This document shows positions 54,506 to 64,000 of a stretch of DNA of 64,000 nt, piece by piece (the first letter of the stretch is position 1; each line of letters starts with the position of its first letter). The notes beneath the pieces are model-generated. The model was not told the origin of the DNA, made no database searches, and worked only from the letters and a program-made list of their open reading frames with translations. Source of the stretch: Elusimicrobiales bacterium (GTDB lineage: Bacteria; Elusimicrobiota; Elusimicrobia; Elusimicrobiales; UBA9959); assembly GCA_036170455.1 (NCBI GenBank), contig JAVHPG010000237.1, positions 14,827 to 78,826 on the forward strand, given 5' to 3'. Both the position numbers and the translations under genes were made by a program.

Positions 54506-56109
54506 ATTCGGTATACAGGGGCTTTGTATTCCTCGATGGGCATGTTGAGCGACGCGGCTATCGCGAGGCCCAGGACTTTGCGGGTATCGACGGGATCGAT
54601 AATGCCGTCGTCCCAAAGCCGGGCTGTGCTGTAGTACGGGCTGGCTTCGGTCTCGTATTTCCTTAGTATCGGGTCCTTGAACCCGGCCTGCTCTTCGGGG
54701 CTCATGGTCAAGCCCTTCTTGGCGAGCTGGTTCATCTTCACGGTGCACAGGACGTTCGCGGCCTGCTCGCCGCCCATCACCGAGATCCTGCCGGTGGGCC
54801 ACATCCAGAGGAACCGGCCGCCGAAAGCCCTGCCGCACATCCCGTAATTCCCGGCCCCGTAGGAGCCGCCGATGATGACGGTGAATTTGGGGACATTGGC
54901 CGTTGAGACGGCGGAGACCAGCTTGGCGCCGTCCTTGGCTATGCCGCCGTGTTCGTATTTCTTGCCGATGATGAAACCGGTGATATTCTGCAGGAAGACC
55001 AGCGGGATGCGCCGGGAGCAGCACAGTTCTATGAAGTGAGTTCCCTTGAGGGAGCTTTCGGAGAAAAGAATGCCGTTATTGGCGATAATGCCGACGGGCT
55101 GGCCCATTATCCTGGCGAAGCCGGTGACCAAAGTGACGCCGTAGGTCTTCTTGAACTCGTGGAACTTCGAGCCGTCTACGATGCGGGCTATCACTTCCCG
55201 CGTATCGAAGGACTTTTTAAGGCTGGAGGGGATGATGCCGTAAAGCTCTTTCGGATCATAGGCGGGCTCTTCGGGAACGGAGGCCCCGATGTCCGCCTTT
55301 ACAGTATGCCTGAGATTCTCGACTATATTGCGGGCGGTCCTGATAGCGCTTTGCTCGTCGGCGGCGAGGTGGTCGGAGACGCCGGAAATGCGGCAGTGCA
55401 CGTCTGCGCCGCCCAGCTCTTCGTCGGTGACGTCTTCGCCGGTGGCGGCTTTCACCAGGGGCGGGCCGCCAAGGAAAATAGTGGCCTGCCCCTTTACCAT
55501 CACGGTTTCCTCGCTCATGGCCGGGATATAAGCGCCGCCGGCGGTGCAGGAACCGAAGACGATGGAGATCTGCGCGATGCCGCGGGCCGACATTTGGGCC
55601 TGGTTATAAAAAATGCGGCCGAAATGCAGCTTATCAGGGAAAACCTCGTCCTGCAGCGGCAGGAAAGCGCCGCCGGAATCTACGAGGTAGAGGCAGGGCA
55701 AATTGTTTTCAAGGGCCACTTCCTGCGCCCTCAGATGCTTTTTGACGGTGATAGGATAATAGGTCCCGCCTTTTACGGTGGCGTCATTGGCTACGATGAC
55801 CACTTCGCGGCCGTGGATCAGGCCGATGCCGGTGATGATCCCGGCGCAGGGCGCTTCATCCTCGTACAGCCCGTTGGCGGCCAGGGCGCAGAGCTCCAGG
55901 AAAGGGGTGTCTTTATCCAGCAGGGACTTAATCCTCTCCCTCGGGAGAAGCTTTTTCCTTGAAATATGAAGCTCCCTTGATTTAGGGGGGCCGCCGGCTT
56001 TCGCGGTTTCGAGGCGTTTTCTGAACTCCGCGACTACGCCCAGGTTGAATTTTTCGTTTTCTTTGAATTCGGGGCTCTGCGTATTTACGTTCGAGATTAT
56101 TTTATCCAT
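54502..56109 (-). CDS. methylcrotonyl-CoA carboxylase carboxyltransferase (beta) subunit
   Basis: 535 aa. [33 protein letters not shown] and the duplicated crotonase-like CT halves match the MCC-beta/LiuB type. Confidence 0.9.
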   Translation of the reverse strand: MDKIISNVNTQSPEFKENEKFNLGVVAEFRKRLETAKAGGPPKSRELHISRKKLLPRERIKSLLDKDTPFLELCALAANGLYEDEAPCAGIITGIGLIHGREVVIVANDATVKGGTYYPITVKKHLRAQEVALENNLPCLYLVDSGGAFLPLQDEVFPDKLHFGRIFYNQAQMSARGIAQISIVFGSCTAGGAYIPAMSEETVMVKGQATIFLGGPPLVKAATGEDVTDEELGGADVHCRISGVSDHLAADEQSAIRTARNIVENLRHTVKADIGASVPEEPAYDPKELYGIIPSSLKKSFDTREVIARIVDGSKFHEFKKTYGVTLVTGFARIMGQPVGIIANNGILFSESSLKGTHFIELCCSRRIPLVFLQNITGFIIGKKYEHGGIAKDGAKLVSAVSTANVPKFTVIIGGSYGAGNYGMCGRAFGGRFLWMWPTGRISVMGGEQAANVLCTVKMNQLAKKGLTMSPEEQAGFKDPILRKYETEASPYYSTARLWDDGIIDPVDTRKVLGLAIAASLNMPIEEYKAPVYRM

Positions 56110-56815
56110 AGGGACGAACCGCCTCTACCCCGCCGGAGTATTTTACCAAAAGCCAGCCCTTCTCACTAATTCCCGCTATGGTCCCCGCCGGCTTGTCCGC
56201 GCCGGCGGAATAAGTATCGCCTATTTGCGCCATCAGCGAGATGTATTCGTCTACTTCACTAGCGAACCCGCTCTTAAAAAGAAGGAGGAACCGGCGCTTC
56301 AGCGCCGCAAGTAGTTTTTTCAGCAATTCTTCCTTGTCCGGGCTTTGCCCCGTCACCAGTTTCACTGAGGTGGCGAGCCCTGAAAGCCCCGGTGGGAACT
56401 CCTGCGTATCCACGTTCAAGCCAACCCCGCAAACTATAAAGCCGTCCCCGCGGCGGTTCGCCCCTGAAGTTGAAAGTATCCCGCAGATCTTTTTTCCGCC
56501 GGCCAGCAGGTCGTTAGGCCACTTTATCCTGCAGCCCACGCCGTAACCGGCCAGGACTTCCGCTACCGCCAGCGCCGCCGCGTGGTTTATTACCGCCGGG
56601 TCCGTCATCGTTTCGGGCGGCCAGGCTGTTAAAGAAAAATAGAGATTCTGACCCGGGGGGGAATACCAGTCATTGATCCCTGTTCCCCTTCCTTTTGTCT
56701 GGGCGTCCGCGACCACCGCCGTGCATCCCCGGCCTTCCGTGGTCTTCGCCAGCTCTACGGCGTAGTCCTGGGTAGATTGGAGCGTGTCAAAATGGATGAT
56801 TTTAGAGTCCGGCAT
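56102..56815 (-). CDS. birA: biotin--[carboxyl-carrier-protein] ligase, group I (no DNA-binding domain)
   Basis: [21 protein letters not shown] and KWPNDLL motifs. At 237 aa it has no N-terminal HTH. Confidence 0.85.
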   Translation of the reverse strand: MPDSKIIHFDTLQSTQDYAVELAKTTEGRGCTAVVADAQTKGRGTGINDWYSPPGQNLYFSLTAWPPETMTDPAVINHAAALAVAEVLAGYGVGCRIKWPNDLLAGGKKICGILSTSGANRRGDGFIVCGVGLNVDTQEFPPGLSGLATSVKLVTGQSPDKEELLKKLLAALKRRFLLLFKSGFASEVDEYISLMAQIGDTYSAGADKPAGTIAGISEKGWLLVKYSGGVEAVRPYG

Positions 56816-56952
56816 TTATGCTTGTGGTCAACGGCCCCCGGGACTTGCATCAATACAGTAGTAATTATACAAATCATGCTTAAAAAATAGAATATAATTG
56901 TTTAATAAAGCAGGGGCCTGGTTTTTCGCCCTTATCATAAGAGGAGATACCT

Positions 56953-58749
56953 ATGAGCGCTGATAAAATTAACGATATTTCCGCCGGCGGTTATTTTTCC
57001 ATCCCTGACGGGCTTGGCTTTCCCGTAACCCAAAAGATCTTCACGCCGGAAAAATTCACCGAAGAGCAGAAGATGGCCGTCGAAACGGCGAAGAAATTTA
57101 TAGAGAAAGACGTCCTGCCAAAGCTGGCCGCGATCGACGAGCAGAAGGGCGATTACGGCGTAACGGTCGGCCTGCTTAAAAAAGTGGCGGATATGGGCTT
57201 CCTCGGTACCGACGTCGCCGAGGAATACGGCGGGTCAGGGCTGGATTTCACCACCGCCATGTGCGTCTCTGAAGTTTTCGGCGCCGGCGGCTCCTGGGCG
57301 GTCTCCTGGGCCGCGCACAGCGGTATCGGTACCCACCCTATCCTGTTCTTCGGGACGGAAGAGCAGAAAAAGAAATATTTACCTAAACTGGTCAGCGGCG
57401 AATGGACCGGGGCCTTCGGCGCCACCGAGCCGGAAGCCGGCAGCGACCTTTACGGCGCCAGGACGAAGGCGACGCTGAGCCCCGACGGGAAATTTTACAT
57501 CCTTAACGGGAATAAAACCTTTATCTCGAACAGCGGTTTCGCCAATCTGTTCGTTATCCTGGCCAAGGTGGACGGAGACCCGAAGAAGTCCGCCTGTTTC
57601 ATAGTTGAGAAAGGCGCCCCAGGCTTTACCGTAGGGAAAGAAGAGAATAAGATGGGAATCTCCGGCTCCTCTACCTGCCCTCTTAACCTCGTGGAAGTAA
57701 AAGTCCCAGTCGAGAACTTGCTCGGCGAGATAGGCAAAGGCATTCATATTATCTTTAACACCCTGAACCTGGGCCGTTTGAAGCTGGGGGCGATGACCAC
57801 CGGTTCCGGCAAGCACGTGATCAACGACGCGGTCAAATACGTCACCGAGAGAAAACAGTTCGGCCTGCCCGTCTCCCAGTTCGGGATGATAAAAGAAAAG
57901 CTGGCCAATATGGTAGTCGGGGCCTGGATGACGGAAAGCGCCGTTTACAGGACAGCGGGAATGGTGGAGGAAAGGTTCAAAGCCACCGACTTCAAGAATT
58001 TGCCCGCGGTGCTTGATGCTTTGAGGGAATACGAGATAGAATGCGCCATCCTCAAGGTGGCCGGCAGCGAGACTTTCTGGTATATCGCCGACGAGAACGT
58101 CCAGGTCCACGGCGGCTATGGCTATACCAAGGATTATCTGGCGGAACGCTACCTCAGGGACGCCCGCATCAACAGGATCTTCGAAGGCACCAACGAGATC
58201 AACAGGCTGACCGCTATCCTCAATATGCTGGAGAGGGCCGGGAAAGGCAAGCTGCCCCTGGCCAAGGCCGGCGCCGCGCTGGCCGCCCAGCTCGAGGAAA
58301 GCTCCGCTGAAGAACTCCCCGACGAGAAGTTGGCCGCACAGGCCGGGCTGGTGAACGGCATGAAGAAGATGTTCTTTGTGGCCGGCGGGCGCGTCCTGGA
58401 AAAATTCCCGGTGAGGGAAAAGATCGTCGCCCAGCAGGAGGTCCTGCGCCGGCTGAGCGATATGCTCATCCTGCTGTACCTGTCCGAAAGCGGCCTGCTG
58501 CGCGCCAAAGAGCACGGCGGCGAGGTCCAGGAAGCCATAGTCAAGCTTTACGTCCAGAACGCCGCGATGGAAACCGAGAAACTCGCGAAAGAGGTCCTCG
58601 CTTACCTCGAAGAAGGCGATATGCTCAAATCCTACCTCGGCCGCCTGAAAAGGCTGGCCCGCCCGCTGGCCAACAACCTGCTGGACCCCATCACCCTGCA
58701 GCGCAAGATAGCGGATAAATTGATAGAAAGTAAAAAATACTTCCTCTGA
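56953..58749 (+). CDS. fadE: long-form acyl-CoA dehydrogenase (about 600 aa, FadE type of Firmicutes nomenclature)
   Basis: AGGAG RBS. ACAD blocks FGATEPEAGSD, QVHGGYGY and IFEGTNEI, plus a ~200-aa C-terminal extension. Confidence 0.85.
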   Translation: MSADKINDISAGGYFSIPDGLGFPVTQKIFTPEKFTEEQKMAVETAKKFIEKDVLPKLAAIDEQKGDYGVTVGLLKKVADMGFLGTDVAEEYGGSGLDFTTAMCVSEVFGAGGSWAVSWAAHSGIGTHPILFFGTEEQKKKYLPKLVSGEWTGAFGATEPEAGSDLYGARTKATLSPDGKFYILNGNKTFISNSGFANLFVILAKVDGDPKKSACFIVEKGAPGFTVGKEENKMGISGSSTCPLNLVEVKVPVENLLGEIGKGIHIIFNTLNLGRLKLGAMTTGSGKHVINDAVKYVTERKQFGLPVSQFGMIKEKLANMVVGAWMTESAVYRTAGMVEERFKATDFKNLPAVLDALREYEIECAILKVAGSETFWYIADENVQVHGGYGYTKDYLAERYLRDARINRIFEGTNEINRLTAILNMLERAGKGKLPLAKAGAALAAQLEESSAEELPDEKLAAQAGLVNGMKKMFFVAGGRVLEKFPVREKIVAQQEVLRRLSDMLILLYLSESGLLRAKEHGGEVQEAIVKLYVQNAAMETEKLAKEVLAYLEEGDMLKSYLGRLKRLARPLANNLLDPITLQRKIADKLIESKKYFL

Positions 58750-58755
58750 TAAAAA

Positions 58756-58794
58756 GGGGACAGGCTACATTTCCGGGAAAAGTAGCCTGTCCCC
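58756..58794. repeat. 39-bp palindrome, copy 2, positioned as a bidirectional terminator
   Basis: A5, then GGGGACAGGCTAC-ATTTCCGGGAAAA-GTAGCCTGTCCCC, then T10. It lies between the convergent fadE-type and thiolase genes. Confidence 0.85.
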
Positions 58795-58802
58795 TTTTTT
58801 TT

Positions 58803-60026
58803 TTAGTAAAGGACTTCGAAGATGCCGGCGGCGCCCATGCCTCCGCCGATGCACATCGTGACCATTACGTATTTGCCTTTCCGGCGGCGGCATTCATTGA
58901 TGCCTTTGATGGTGAGATAGGCGCCGGTGCAACCTAGGGGGTGGCCGAGGGCGAGCGCGCCGCCGTCCACGTTAAGTTTGTCCAGAGGCATCACGATGCC
59001 TTTGTCTTTCTTAAGCCGCTTGATGACCGAGAGCGACTGCGAAGCGAAAGCCTCGTTCATCTCTATGATGTCCAGGTCCTCTATCTTCAGTCCGGCGGAA
59101 GCGAGCGCACGGGGGATAGCTTCTACGGGGCCTATGCCCATTATCTCCGGGGGGACCCCGGCCACTTCATAGCTTACCAGCCTGGCGGCGGGCTTCAGCC
59201 CGTTCTTCGCGGCTTCTTCCCTGGTGGTGATCATCACAATGGCGGCGCCGTCGCTTGTTTGGGAGGAATTTCCGGCGGTAACGGTTCCCTTTTCCTTGAA
59301 TACAGGTTTTAATTTGGCCAGGTCTTCCATATTCGCGTCCCGGCGCGGGCATTCGTCGGTGTCCACTATAAATTCCTTAACTTTCCCGCCCAGACCGGTT
59401 TCTTTAACGGGATAAGGCAGGATCTCGTTCTTCCATTTGCCCGTGTCCAAAGCTTTGACGGCTTTCTTATGGGAATCCAGGGCGAAAGCGTCCTGCTCTT
59501 CGCGGGTATTCCCGTCCTGCTGGGCCAGAAGCTCGGCGGTCAGGCCCATCGACATATAGCTCTCCGGCCATTCTTCCACAAGGCGGGGATTGGGAGCGAA
59601 CTTGACCCCGCCCATCGGGATCATCGTCATGCTCTCCATGCCTCCGGCGATGGAGATAGTTTTCAGGCCGGAGGCGATATAGGCGATTTCATCTACGATG
59701 GACTGGAGCCCGGAAGAGCAATAGCGGTTGATGGTCAGCGCCGTGACATTTACCGGCAGGCCGGCGGCGAAGACGGCCATCCTGGCCGGCTGCATGCCCT
59801 GCTCGCCCTCGGGGAAAGCGCAGCCCAGCCTTACTTCGCTCAGTTTAAGTGGATCCAGCCTGGTCCTTTCCAGGATGCCTTTTATCACGTGCGCTGCCAG
59901 GTCGTCGGAGCGGACGGTCCTGAAGCCGCCTTTTTTCGCCCTCGAGATCGCGGTGCGGACGCCGGCGCTGCCGCCCGCGTCCACGATAACTACGTTCTTC
60001 AATAATTCTTTCTGGGCATTAGTCAT
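58803..60026 (-). CDS. fadA: acetyl-CoA C-acyltransferase (3-ketoacyl-CoA thiolase)
   Basis: NRYCSSGLQ (Cys nucleophile), GGALALGHPLGCTG and CIGGGMG. Confidence 0.9.
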   Translation of the reverse strand: MTNAQKELLKNVVIVDAGGSAGVRTAISRAKKGGFRTVRSDDLAAHVIKGILERTRLDPLKLSEVRLGCAFPEGEQGMQPARMAVFAAGLPVNVTALTINRYCSSGLQSIVDEIAYIASGLKTISIAGGMESMTMIPMGGVKFAPNPRLVEEWPESYMSMGLTAELLAQQDGNTREEQDAFALDSHKKAVKALDTGKWKNEILPYPVKETGLGGKVKEFIVDTDECPRRDANMEDLAKLKPVFKEKGTVTAGNSSQTSDGAAIVMITTREEAAKNGLKPAARLVSYEVAGVPPEIMGIGPVEAIPRALASAGLKIEDLDIIEMNEAFASQSLSVIKRLKKDKGIVMPLDKLNVDGGALALGHPLGCTGAYLTIKGINECRRRKGKYVMVTMCIGGGMGAAGIFEVLY

Positions 60027-60027
60027 T

Positions 60028-62439
60028 TTAGTTCCTCAGGGCCTTGCCGGTCTTAAGCATATGGGCTATCCGTTCCTGCGTCTTTTTCTGGTGGCAGAGG
60101 AACATGAAGACCTTTCTTTCCTGGTCGAGGACATACTGCTCGGAAACCTCGACGGGCTGGGATAGGTTCCCGCCGGTCAGGATCTCCGCCACCTTGGTCG
60201 CTATAAGGACGTCGTGCTCGCTCATAAAGCCGCCCTTCCGGAACAGGTAGAGCTGGGCCTTGAGCGCGGAATAGGCGCGGGCTCCGTAGAGCGTGATCTT
60301 CCTGGGGCGGGGCGGCTGGTAGTTAGGCGCGAGCGCAAGCACCTGGGCTTTTGCTTCGGCTATAAGCCGGCTTTTGTTCATCACGATGATGTCGGAGTCG
60401 CGCAAATGGCCTATCTGCCTGGCGGCGGGGCCGGAAGCGCTTACTTTTAAATCCGGTCTCAGGACGGTCATTAAAGCCCTGCCGAGATAAGGAAGCGGGT
60501 CCACTTCGCTTCCCGGCGGCAGGTCTTTCGGTATCAGGTCCAAATTGCGCAAAAGCGCTTCTTTCGTGCCTCCGCCGGCCGGGATGACGCCGACGGCGAA
60601 TTCCATAAAGCCTATATAGGTCTCATGGGCCGCGCAGATCCTGGCCGCGTGCAGGCAGATCTCGCAGGCGCCGCCGAAAGTGTAGCCGTAAGGCGCGGCT
60701 ACTACGGGTTTGGAGAGGTATTTTAAACCCATCAGGGCGTCCTGGAAGTTCTTCGCCATCTCCTCGATGTCTTCGAACTCGTCGTTCAGGATGGATTCTT
60801 TCACCAGGTCCAAATTAGCCCCGGCGGAGAAATTATCTCCCTGGCTGCCGATAACCAGGCCTTTGAAATTGCTGTCCCCGGCCACTTTTTTGGCCGCCTT
60901 TTTCATCATCGCTATCATGCCCGGCCCGATAGCGTTCATCTTGGTATGGAATTCAAGGCAGGCTACGCCGTCGCCGAGGTCTATCAGGGAGGCTTCTTTG
61001 CTTTCCTCTATTACTTTGCCCTGCTCTTTCAAATCCCTGAGGACGATGACGCCTTCGGGCGTGACGGCTTCTTTATAGGCGCTGGCTTTGAAGTCGAAGA
61101 ACAAGGTCTTCCCGTTCTTTCTCTGGTAGAAAGACTTATTGCCGGATTTGAGGAGCGCTTCCACCACGGGGGGGACAGGCTCTTTCGCGGCTTTCAGTTT
61201 TTCTACTATGCTTTCCACGCCGATAGCGTCCCAGGTCTCGAAGGGCCCAAGCTCCCACATGAAACCGTTCTTAAGCGCCGCGTCCACGGCCATTATATCG
61301 TCAGAGACCTCGGGCAGGCGTTCGGCCGCGTAAACTAAAGTCGAGAGCAGGGTTTTCTGCAGGAATTCACCCACTCTGTCTTTGCCGTTGAACAGGAATT
61401 TTATCCTTTCGCCGGTGCTCTCCATGCTTTTAGCGGCGTCGATACTAGGGAAGACGACTTTTTTCCCGGGCCGGTACTCCAGGGTTTCCGGGTCTATGAC
61501 CTGCAGGTCCCTCTTGCCGTCGGGTTTTTTTACGTTCTGGTAGAAGCCTTTCCTGGCTTTCTGGCCGAGCAGACCTTTCTCTATCATCTTCTCGACGAAA
61601 AGCGGCATTTTAAGCACGTCCCTGCGCGGGTCGGCCGGGATATGTTCGTAAAGATATTTGACCACATTGCTGATAACATCCAGCCCGACTATATCCAGAG
61701 TCCGGAAAGTGGCGCTCTTCGGCCAGCCGATGGCTTTGCCGGTCATCTTATCGACTTCTTCGATAGTGTAACCGTCGGCGAGCATGACATGGATGAGCTT
61801 CATTACGCCGGGGACCGCGATGCGGTTGGCGATGAAGTCGGGGGTGTCTTTGGCTGGAACGACGGTTTTACCCAGTTTCCTGTCGCAGAAATCCTTCATA
61901 TACTGCACAACTTCGGGCAGCGTCTCGTCGATAGGAGTGATCTCGAGGAGCGGCAGGTAGCGGGGGGGATTGAAGAAATGGGTCCCCAGGAAATGCTGTT
62001 TAAATTCTTCCGGCAGGCTTTTCACCATCGTATTCAGGGAGATGCCTGAGGTGTTGGAGCTGACTATCGTGCCGGGCTGCCTGACAGCGGCGACCTTTTC
62101 CATCAGGTCCACTTTTATTTTCAGATCTTCTTTGACGACTTCTATTATCCAGTCGGCGTCCTTAAGTTTTCCAAGGTCGTCGGTGAAATTGCCCAGCTCT
62201 ATCGCTTCGGCGAACTCCGGCAGGGCGAAAGGGGCGGGCTTAAGTTTTTTGGCCGCTTCCAGGCCTTTCAGGGCGAAATGGTTGCGGTTCTTCTTGTCCT
62301 TCAGCTGCCCGGCGTCGAACAGCCAGTCCGGCACAACGTCGAGGAGCAGGACATTGTACCCGGCATTAGCCAGGTGCGCCGCGATCTGCGCGCCCATAGT
62401 ACCGGCGCCCAATACGCCCACTTTTCGTATCTGTTTCAT
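60028..62439 (-). CDS. fadN: bifunctional 3-hydroxyacyl-CoA dehydrogenase / enoyl-CoA hydratase (HADH N-terminal, crotonase C-terminal)
   Basis: N-terminal VGVLGAGTMGAQIA Rossmann motif and C-terminal crotonase FSAGANL. At 803 aa it is the size of FadN-type enzymes. Confidence 0.9.
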   Translation of the reverse strand: MKQIRKVGVLGAGTMGAQIAAHLANAGYNVLLLDVVPDWLFDAGQLKDKKNRNHFALKGLEAAKKLKPAPFALPEFAEAIELGNFTDDLGKLKDADWIIEVVKEDLKIKVDLMEKVAAVRQPGTIVSSNTSGISLNTMVKSLPEEFKQHFLGTHFFNPPRYLPLLEITPIDETLPEVVQYMKDFCDRKLGKTVVPAKDTPDFIANRIAVPGVMKLIHVMLADGYTIEEVDKMTGKAIGWPKSATFRTLDIVGLDVISNVVKYLYEHIPADPRRDVLKMPLFVEKMIEKGLLGQKARKGFYQNVKKPDGKRDLQVIDPETLEYRPGKKVVFPSIDAAKSMESTGERIKFLFNGKDRVGEFLQKTLLSTLVYAAERLPEVSDDIMAVDAALKNGFMWELGPFETWDAIGVESIVEKLKAAKEPVPPVVEALLKSGNKSFYQRKNGKTLFFDFKASAYKEAVTPEGVIVLRDLKEQGKVIEESKEASLIDLGDGVACLEFHTKMNAIGPGMIAMMKKAAKKVAGDSNFKGLVIGSQGDNFSAGANLDLVKESILNDEFEDIEEMAKNFQDALMGLKYLSKPVVAAPYGYTFGGACEICLHAARICAAHETYIGFMEFAVGVIPAGGGTKEALLRNLDLIPKDLPPGSEVDPLPYLGRALMTVLRPDLKVSASGPAARQIGHLRDSDIIVMNKSRLIAEAKAQVLALAPNYQPPRPRKITLYGARAYSALKAQLYLFRKGGFMSEHDVLIATKVAEILTGGNLSQPVEVSEQYVLDQERKVFMFLCHQKKTQERIAHMLKTGKALRN

Positions 62440-62465
62440 GATGAACCCCTTTTAAGACAAACTAC

Positions 62466-63956
62466 CTAATTCGAGGGCCGTTTATCCACTATCTTTTTCG
62501 CTTTTACCGCGGATTCCACTTCGATCTTCTCGGAGATCTCCTGGTGCGTGACGTAGTGGATGGCATTGAAAGAGACTTCGGCGTTGCTGATGACCTCTTC
62601 GTTCAGGAGGTGGGAGAAGGTGTCTTTATTTACGTTTTCGGCCAGGCAGACATTCAGCACCAGCTCGTCCACCTCGAAAGGGTCGTCGTTCTTTTTTCTT
62701 ATTTCTATCTGCCACTCGTTTATCTCAGGCCTGTCGTCCAGGAAGCGCTCCAGGTCGTTAAGGTTCACGAGCGAGCCTTTGATCTTTGAAAGCTGCACGT
62801 TCTTGATATTCGAGGCGCGGGTCAGGTGGCTGGAGATCCGGGGGACGGTCTTGCCGCAATGCGGGCAGGGGGCGTAGCTTATCCCGCCTTTTACCAGGTC
62901 GCCGGTGCGGTAGCGCAGAACGCAGGTCCCGCGGGCGTCTATCCCGGTGTAGACCAGTTCGCCGTCCTCGCCTTCGCCCTTGACTTCGCCCGTGACCGGA
63001 TCGATTATTTCAAAAACCTCCATATCCGGAGAGGTATGGTAGCCGCTCGAAACGCCGATCTCGGTGGGGCATTCCGCCCAGGCGCCGCGCGCCTCGGTAA
63101 AGCCGTAGGTCCCGAACACTTTCACGTCGGTAGCGCCCATCTCTTTGAGGATAGACGCTATTTTGTTCTTAAAGCCGTTGGGGACGGGGCTCGCGCCCAG
63201 GATTATCCGGTTAAGAAAACTGAAGTCGAGTTTTTCCGCCCGGGCCGTTTTGAGCACGTGGTAGACATAGCTCGGCACGCCGAGGAGGAACTGCGGTTTC
63301 ATCTTCAGGATCGTGCGGATATTCCCTTCCGTCCCCATGGTCTTGCCGCCTCCGGTGCTGAGCACGAAGACATTGGCCGAGAGCCCGCCCAGAACGGCCA
63401 GCCAGAAGGCGAGGTGCGGGGCGTAAGGGAACAGGTTCACCAGCCTTTCGTTCTGTATCCCTATCGTGGCGATCATTCTGCCGCCATAGACCTTGAGGTT
63501 CTGTATATCGTAGTCGGAATAAAGGAAAGGCATCGGGGTGCTGGTGGTCCCGGCGGTGGAGGTGAGGAAGATAGGCTTGTATTCTTTTTCCAGCGCGGCT
63601 TTGAAGCCGGCCTCGCCTTTCAGCGCCCTGCGCAACATGAACTTTGCGAGCTCCGTCTTCGGGAGGAATTTTTTTATGGTGTCTTTGTCAGGCTGCAGGC
63701 AGAAGGCCAGGGTCCCTTTCGCCGGGTCTTTCTGGATAGCGTCGCGGAAGTCCTGCTTGGAGGTGAAAGGTATGCGGCCGAGGTCTTCCACTTTTCTTAT
63801 GCTGTCCGGGTTTATCTTATTGTCGTCGAAAAGTTTGCGGTAATAAGGGCTGAACGGGTACAAATGCCTGGTGATGAAACGGTGCAGTTTCTCGTTCTGG
63901 ATCCGCTTCTGTTCGGCCCAGGGGAGGTAGAGGATCTTGTCTTCGTCTTTTATCAC
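62466..63956 (-). CDS. PaaK/F390-synthetase-like adenylate-forming CoA ligase
   Basis: N-terminal LHRFITRHLYPFSPYYRKLF, a degenerate P-loop TSTAGTTSTP, and RYRTGDLV. The GTG start overlaps the upstream stop (GTGA). Confidence 0.8.
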   Translation of the reverse strand: MIKDEDKILYLPWAEQKRIQNEKLHRFITRHLYPFSPYYRKLFDDNKINPDSIRKVEDLGRIPFTSKQDFRDAIQKDPAKGTLAFCLQPDKDTIKKFLPKTELAKFMLRRALKGEAGFKAALEKEYKPIFLTSTAGTTSTPMPFLYSDYDIQNLKVYGGRMIATIGIQNERLVNLFPYAPHLAFWLAVLGGLSANVFVLSTGGGKTMGTEGNIRTILKMKPQFLLGVPSYVYHVLKTARAEKLDFSFLNRIILGASPVPNGFKNKIASILKEMGATDVKVFGTYGFTEARGAWAECPTEIGVSSGYHTSPDMEVFEIIDPVTGEVKGEGEDGELVYTGIDARGTCVLRYRTGDLVKGGISYAPCPHCGKTVPRISSHLTRASNIKNVQLSKIKGSLVNLNDLERFLDDRPEINEWQIEIRKKNDDPFEVDELVLNVCLAENVNKDTFSHLLNEEVISNAEVSFNAIHYVTHQEISEKIEVESAVKAKKIVDKRPSN

Positions 63957-64000
63957 ATGCTCCGCCTGTATTGCCCGCCTATTTCGAACAGGGCGCCGGT
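63953..64000 (-). CDS. 3' end of an unidentified upstream gene (the last 15 codons only)
   Basis: The frame ...TGALFEIGGQYRRSM-stop ends in ATGTGA, overlapping the GTG start of the ligase gene. It is too short to identify. Confidence 0.3.
   Translation of the reverse strand, partial: TGALFEIGGQYRRSM

Noticed and set aside
54506-55024. N-terminal 173-codon extension of the enoyl-CoA hydratase ORF (53729..55024).
   Set aside because: It overlaps the 3' part of the carboxyltransferase gene out of frame, and the translation is Arg/His-rich with no homology pattern. A GTG at 54505 overlapping the upstream TGA gives a normal 258-aa crotonase.
56816-56952. A biotin operator (bioO-like) in the birA / acyl-CoA dehydrogenase divergent region.
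   Set aside because: This BirA is a 237-aa group I ligase without an HTH domain, so it cannot be a repressor. The AT-rich region shows only weak partial palindromes.
1-64000. CRISPR arrays, rRNA genes, tandem repeats, IS elements, toxin-antitoxin pairs and known defence-system genes.
   Set aside because: Nothing of this kind is visible. All intergenic regions are under 240 nt, and the only repeated element is the 39-bp palindrome (2 copies).

Overview
This is a visibly GC-rich, very densely coded bacterial chromosomal segment with about 60 protein genes and one tRNA. I saw no rRNA, CRISPR array, transposase or integrase. Because of the GC content, almost every real gene has a long shadow ORF on the opposite strand. 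I made calls from motifs I recognise by eye, operon geometry (ATGA/GTGA start-stop overlaps), Shine-Dalgarno sites, signal peptides and terminator hairpins. No database search was possible.

Content in order:
- (1) sppA (partial), a membrane protein, nnrE-like, a CheY-like receiver, a GH13+CBM20 amylase-family enzyme, and a short tilS.
- (2) A 12-gene phosphate block: phoB-phoR, a secreted ComEC-type MBL hydrolase, an unknown secreted protein, a porin, pstSCAB-phoU and DUF47-pit. Two sets of 11-bp-periodic TTTACA-type direct repeats look like Pho boxes.
- (3) A terminator-bracketed 3-gene operon pairing NfnA/NfnB-like oxidoreductase subunits with a thrice-repeated 8-Cys/1-His module I cannot place. 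Two copies are in a stand-alone protein and one is fused to the NfnB-like N-terminus.
- (4) alaS, then tRNA-Arg(CCG), then a 194-nt highly structured spacer with a possible coupled uORF.
- (5) An orphan AAA+ ATPase, a TPR protein, a NapH-like 4Fe-4S membrane protein, a ChaN-like protein, aconitase, and a membrane-fused spermidine-synthase-like protein.
- (6) An 11-gene nuoABCDHIJKLMN operon with no nuoEFG.
- (7) A membrane cytochrome c, a small membrane protein and a secreted serpin with a polybasic reactive-centre loop.
- (8) A gapless 10-gene minus-strand operon. It joins birA, a split methylcrotonyl-CoA carboxylase, hydratase, acyl-CoA dehydrogenase and HMG-CoA lyase to PrpB-like, PrpD-like and second HMGL-like genes.
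- (9) fadE/fadA/fadN-type beta-oxidation genes and a PaaK-like ligase.

My best candidates for something undescribed:
- the Cys-module/Nfn operon;
- the structured tRNA-to-AAA spacer;
- the prpB/prpD/HMGL-like extension of the leucine-catabolic operon;
- a 39-bp palindromic element present twice.
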